Below are positions 59,086 through 64,000 of a stretch of 64,000 nt of DNA, in pieces; the stretch's first letter is position 1; the number at the start of each line of letters is the position of its first letter. Where the stretch lies: NCBI RefSeq assembly GCF_009914755.1, contig NC_060941.1. One strand, written 5' to 3'. The translations under genes and the position numbers were made by a program. The notes under the pieces were generated by a model that had not been told where the DNA came from, made no database searches, and was given only the letters and a program-made list of their open reading frames with translations. Origin of the DNA: the human T2T-CHM13v2.0 reference genome, Homo sapiens.

Positions 59086-59453
59086 TAGCAGTGTCTACTG
59101 TTACATAAATTATTTCAAAAACAGAATTTAAAAAATGCTCTTCAACTTATGTTGTAGACTGGAATAACTGATTCCCAAATCTACCAAAGCTTTAACAACG
59201 AGAAAAGAAAACCACAAACTGGGGGTGTCTACAAGAGCCAGAAAATAACATAAATGGGTGCAGCTGATTGGGTATGAAATGAAAGGAAAAGGTGGGAGCT
59301 GCAGGCACTGGTGAGTGTGCACCCCTTCTTCAGGAATTCAAACTCAAATGCTTCAAAACCCTGTGCTGGTCAAATAAACAAGGCCTACAAGTTACCTCTG
59401 ATTTTGCAGCTTCTGGTATATCTCCATTACAAACATAGATGTAAACATTCTTA

Positions 59454-60146
<693 letters not shown>

Positions 60147-61016
60147 TCATTCTAGGGATGCAAAAATGTTTTAATATGTGGAAATTATTTTTAAAATATT
60201 TCATAATCTCATTAGGTCATGCTAGAAAAACCCATATGATCCTTTCACTAGGTGTTAGAACTTCCTGACAAGCAGGGACCCAGGGATCCAGAGCTGGCGT
60301 GGGTGTGGACTGGCAGAGGGTACACGCAAAGGTAGCATCCAGAGGGAAAGCCAGGATCAGGGCCAGCAGACAGCCTAGTAAAGTGTCAATCAGAAGGAAC
60401 TGGATGGATAAGCAGAAAGCAGATAAAGGCCACGGGACAGAGCCCGAGGAGATGCTTGGAGGCACAGCCTGGAGGTTTTCCTGCAGGGACCTCCATGCCT
60501 GCTGGTGTTGGACCAAATTCGGACTCTAGCTGCTGCAAATGCATTTGAAAACATTCAGCATACATGCCTCATAAAGTAGCCCTAAAAATGAAGACTATAA
60601 GGATCATTTCTTCACATAAGAAAGAATATATCATGCAGGCAGCCCAATTATGACTAAAGACTGCTTTCCTATTCTGCTTTTCTGAAAACCATTTTGTATT
60701 TTCAAGACTTTTTACAATAAAAGAAAAAAGCACAATGGAACCTATTAGAGAACCCGAAGAGGAGACAGAGGGAAACAATGATTCTTGCAATTTATATGGT
60801 GAAATCTAAGCCAGTCTATGCATGCTATACCTCAATAATCTGGGATTTTATTTTTAATTATTTTTTAGAGACAACTTGCCATGTTGCCCAGGCTGGTCTC
60901 AAATTCCTGGGCTCAAGCGATCCTCCTATCTCAGCCTCCTGAGTAGCTGGGAATTACAGGCACCACAATAACCAGATAACGAATTTGTTTTAAAAAAAAA
61001 AAAAAAAACAACAGTG

Positions 61017-61723
<707 letters not shown>

Positions 61724-62679
61724 TTACTTTTTTTCTTATTCGTTTAGTGTTTAAATGTTATATAATGGATATTTATTACTTATATAATCAGTGAAAAATA
61801 AAGCTATTTTCATTGTTGTGGGGGGAATTCTTGGCAGGTAGAAGTCCCTAGAGGATCTGATTTAATGAGCACACAAGATCAATATTTAATTAACATATCA
61901 ATTGCCGGGATGTCAACTGATGTTTTCCAAAATCATTGAAGTGTAGGCTCTCTTAAGTAGCCAAACTGTCGTCGGAAACATAGTTTACAATTCTCCCATT
62001 TAACAAACGCGGAGGAACAGAATGATTACAAATGCTAAAGCGCAGAAGACGATTAAAGGAGGTTATTTATGTACCATCAAATGCTTGTGTATCCTGTACA
62101 CATCAGTTTAGAATTCTCTCATCAACCCAACCTTGTGGCAACTTCCAAACCCCTCCATCATGGCCTTCTAACTTTTCAAACTTTTTTTTTTGTAAGCCAC
62201 TTCTCTTTCCAGACCTCTCTGTAGTGGTTCCTAACGTCTTCCCTTTAAACCTTCTAACTTGTGTTTGCTATTTTTATGACTTCCTCCTCCCAGTGCCTGG
62301 CTTCCCCAGCTGGGGATTCACCTTGCTTTGGTGGCCACTGTTTTGCTCTTCTCGCCTTCCCTCTCTCCATGGGCCTGCCAGGCTTAGGGAAGGCCGCAGG
62401 TGCTTAGACCTTGTCCAATGCGGTGCTCATTGAACACGCCGGGTTCTCAAACAAATGTTAGGGACAGCTGGTTAGACGGGAATCTGGGCCTCCCCTGCTT
62501 GCTTTCCGCAACATTTCTTGAGCATTGCTGGGTGTCCAAGGCAGGGCGAGATCCCAGAGCAGTCACGACCGGATGTATGATTGGTGCTCACTGCACAGTG
62601 CTGGGGACGCACAGGGAGGATGCCACTGATGGTGTAGGGGGTGGGGACTTGGCAGAGGGAGCAGCATGTGTCGAGGTCT

Positions 62680-62872
62680 ACTGGTTCTCCAAGTTTGGTC
62701 CCAGAGCAAAGGCATCAGCATCACCTGGGAACCTGCTGAAAATTCTAATGCTTAGGCCTCACTACCGACCTACCAAAGCAGACACTCTGGGGGAGGGAGG
62801 AGGGGCACTAAAAATCTGTTGTATCAAGACCTCCAAGAGACTCCAACACACGCTAGAGTAGTTTGAGAACCA
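62680..62872. mobile_element. MER5A-like hAT-Charlie DNA transposon fossil just upstream of the promoter
   Basis: GGTTCTCCAAGT...AGTTTGAGAACCAC terminal inverted repeats and internal CAGCATCACCTGGGAACCTG motif. Confidence 0.75.
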
Positions 62873-62949
62873 CGACTCTGGGAGCGGCCTGAGGATGCTT
62901 AGGATGAGCGCAGAGCGGAAAGGAGGATTCGTGAAGGCTCTCTGATGCC

Positions 62950-64000
62950 AGTCAAGGGGTTAGACTTTGCCCCGCAGGTGCGGCCTCCAGGTTTTTAAGC
63001 AGACGCCTGTGGCTCTCACACGCCCTCTCCCAAGGCGGCGTCTCTGGGAGCCCTGGCGTTCCCTGGGCCCCCGGGACCGAGAGCTTACCCGCGTGGGACT
63101 GAACTCGCCCACGACCCCCGACACCAGGCAAGAGAGGTTGTGCCGCAGACCCTCCACTCCCCAGCACCAGGCGCTCGCCGTCCAGGTGGAGGGGAGCACA
63201 CGTGGGAGCCAGGGGCACCGGCGGAGACACGAGCGCAGAAGGCACGCGCTCAAGCCCACGCCCGCGACTGCCGGGACTGAAGGTGTTGCGAGCCCCGGCT
63301 CCACCCCTAGCCTGCGGTGCGCCGTGCTTTGGCCCCGCAGGCCCCGCCCCCGGCCCCGCCCCGGCGCGCGCCCGGCCCGCCTCCCTAGGCGTGGAGGAGG
63401 GGGGGCGGCTCAGCCCCGCGCCCGTGCGCGCGCTCGCGGCCGGGTTGCAGGGCTGGGCGCGCGCCCCGCGTCCCGGGCAGGAAGATGGTGGCGAGCGCGC
63501 GAGTGCAGAAGCTGGTGCGGCGCTACAAGCTGGCGATTGCCACGGCGCTGGCCATCCTGCTGCTGCAGGGCCTGGTAGTGTGGAGCTTCAGCGGCCTGGA
63601 GGAGGACGAGGCGGGCGAGGTGCTCCGACGGCCGGGCGGGCGGGCAGGCCGGGCGCGGGGGCGCGCGGGGTCCTGGCGGGGCTGCGGGCGGCCCCAGCCG
63701 GGGAAGTGGGGCACGGGCCGCGTGCGTGCGTGCGGGGCGCCGGCGGTCGCCCAGAGCGGAGCATCCGGCCCCCGGCACTCCCTTCCCCAGCAGGCCTAGG
63801 GAGCTGCGCGCGGGGGCAGTGCGTGACCTGGAGACCCGGGCCCTGGTGGATTGGGAGTCGGGCGGGGGGAGCAGGTCATGCTAGGGTGGTCTCCGGCCAA
63901 GGGAGCGATGAAGGTCAGGCGCGGCGAGCGGGGCTGGTAGGCGGGGCTGGGCCCGAACCTGCTCGGAGGTGGGGAGCCCCAGGCCAAACTTTCTGAAGTT
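62950..64000 (+). promoter_or_regulatory. XYLT2: CpG island / TATA-less promoter of XYLT2
   Basis: Abrupt rise in GC and CpG density; tandem Sp1/KLF GC boxes GCCCCGCCCC at 63341-63350 and 63353-63362; E-box CACGTG at 63199-63204; spans exon 1 and start of intron 1. Confidence 0.9.
63485..63619 (+). CDS. XYLT2: Xylosyltransferase 2, first coding exon (45 aa: cytoplasmic tail plus type II signal-anchor TM helix); gene continues beyond the window
   Basis: Translation [45 protein letters not shown] matches the XYLT2 N-terminus as I recall it; strong Kozak (AAGATGG); GT donor at 63620-63621 exactly where the known protein diverges from the read-through ORF; lies in a CpG island. Confidence 0.96.

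Noticed and set aside
63620-63799. C-terminal 59 aa of the 104-aa ORF starting at 63485
   Set aside because: Intron 1 read-through; similarity to XYLT2 stops at ...EDEAGE where the GT donor lies
62952-63996. Long ORFs 62967-63578 (203 aa), 63202-63996 (264 aa) and antisense ORFs over the promoter
   Set aside because: Arg/Pro/Gly/Ala-rich products expected from stop-poor CpG-island DNA; no recognisable domain; they overlap the true XYLT2 exon in other frames

Overview
Primate (human-like) genomic DNA, almost entirely intergenic and very repeat-dense: roughly 70 Alu/FLAM/FAM copies by my count, plus L1, L2, MIR, LTR and DNA-transposon fossils. The only real protein-coding sequence I can support is the first coding exon of XYLT2 (xylosyltransferase 2; 63485-63619, + strand), inside a CpG-island/GC-box promoter at the right edge. 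Almost all other listed ORFs are Alu, low-complexity or GC-rich artefacts. A decayed ERVL-type provirus (LTR16-like LTR plus gag/pro/pol remnants, ~34960-43570) hosts nested younger elements. The most unusual signal is a recurring set of locally templated insertions and fold-back scars. These are two ~190-bp inverted copies of sequence 0.7-0.8 kb away, a three-piece mosaic stitched from neighbouring DNA, and several perfect hairpins written into Alus. There is also a TSD-flanked retrocopy of an Alu-containing polyadenylated RNA 3' end, and a 123-bp non-TE duplication abutting a splice acceptor. Repeat family names and boundaries come from visual recognition of consensus motifs and are approximate; no database search was run. 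I found no evidence for a new protein-coding system.
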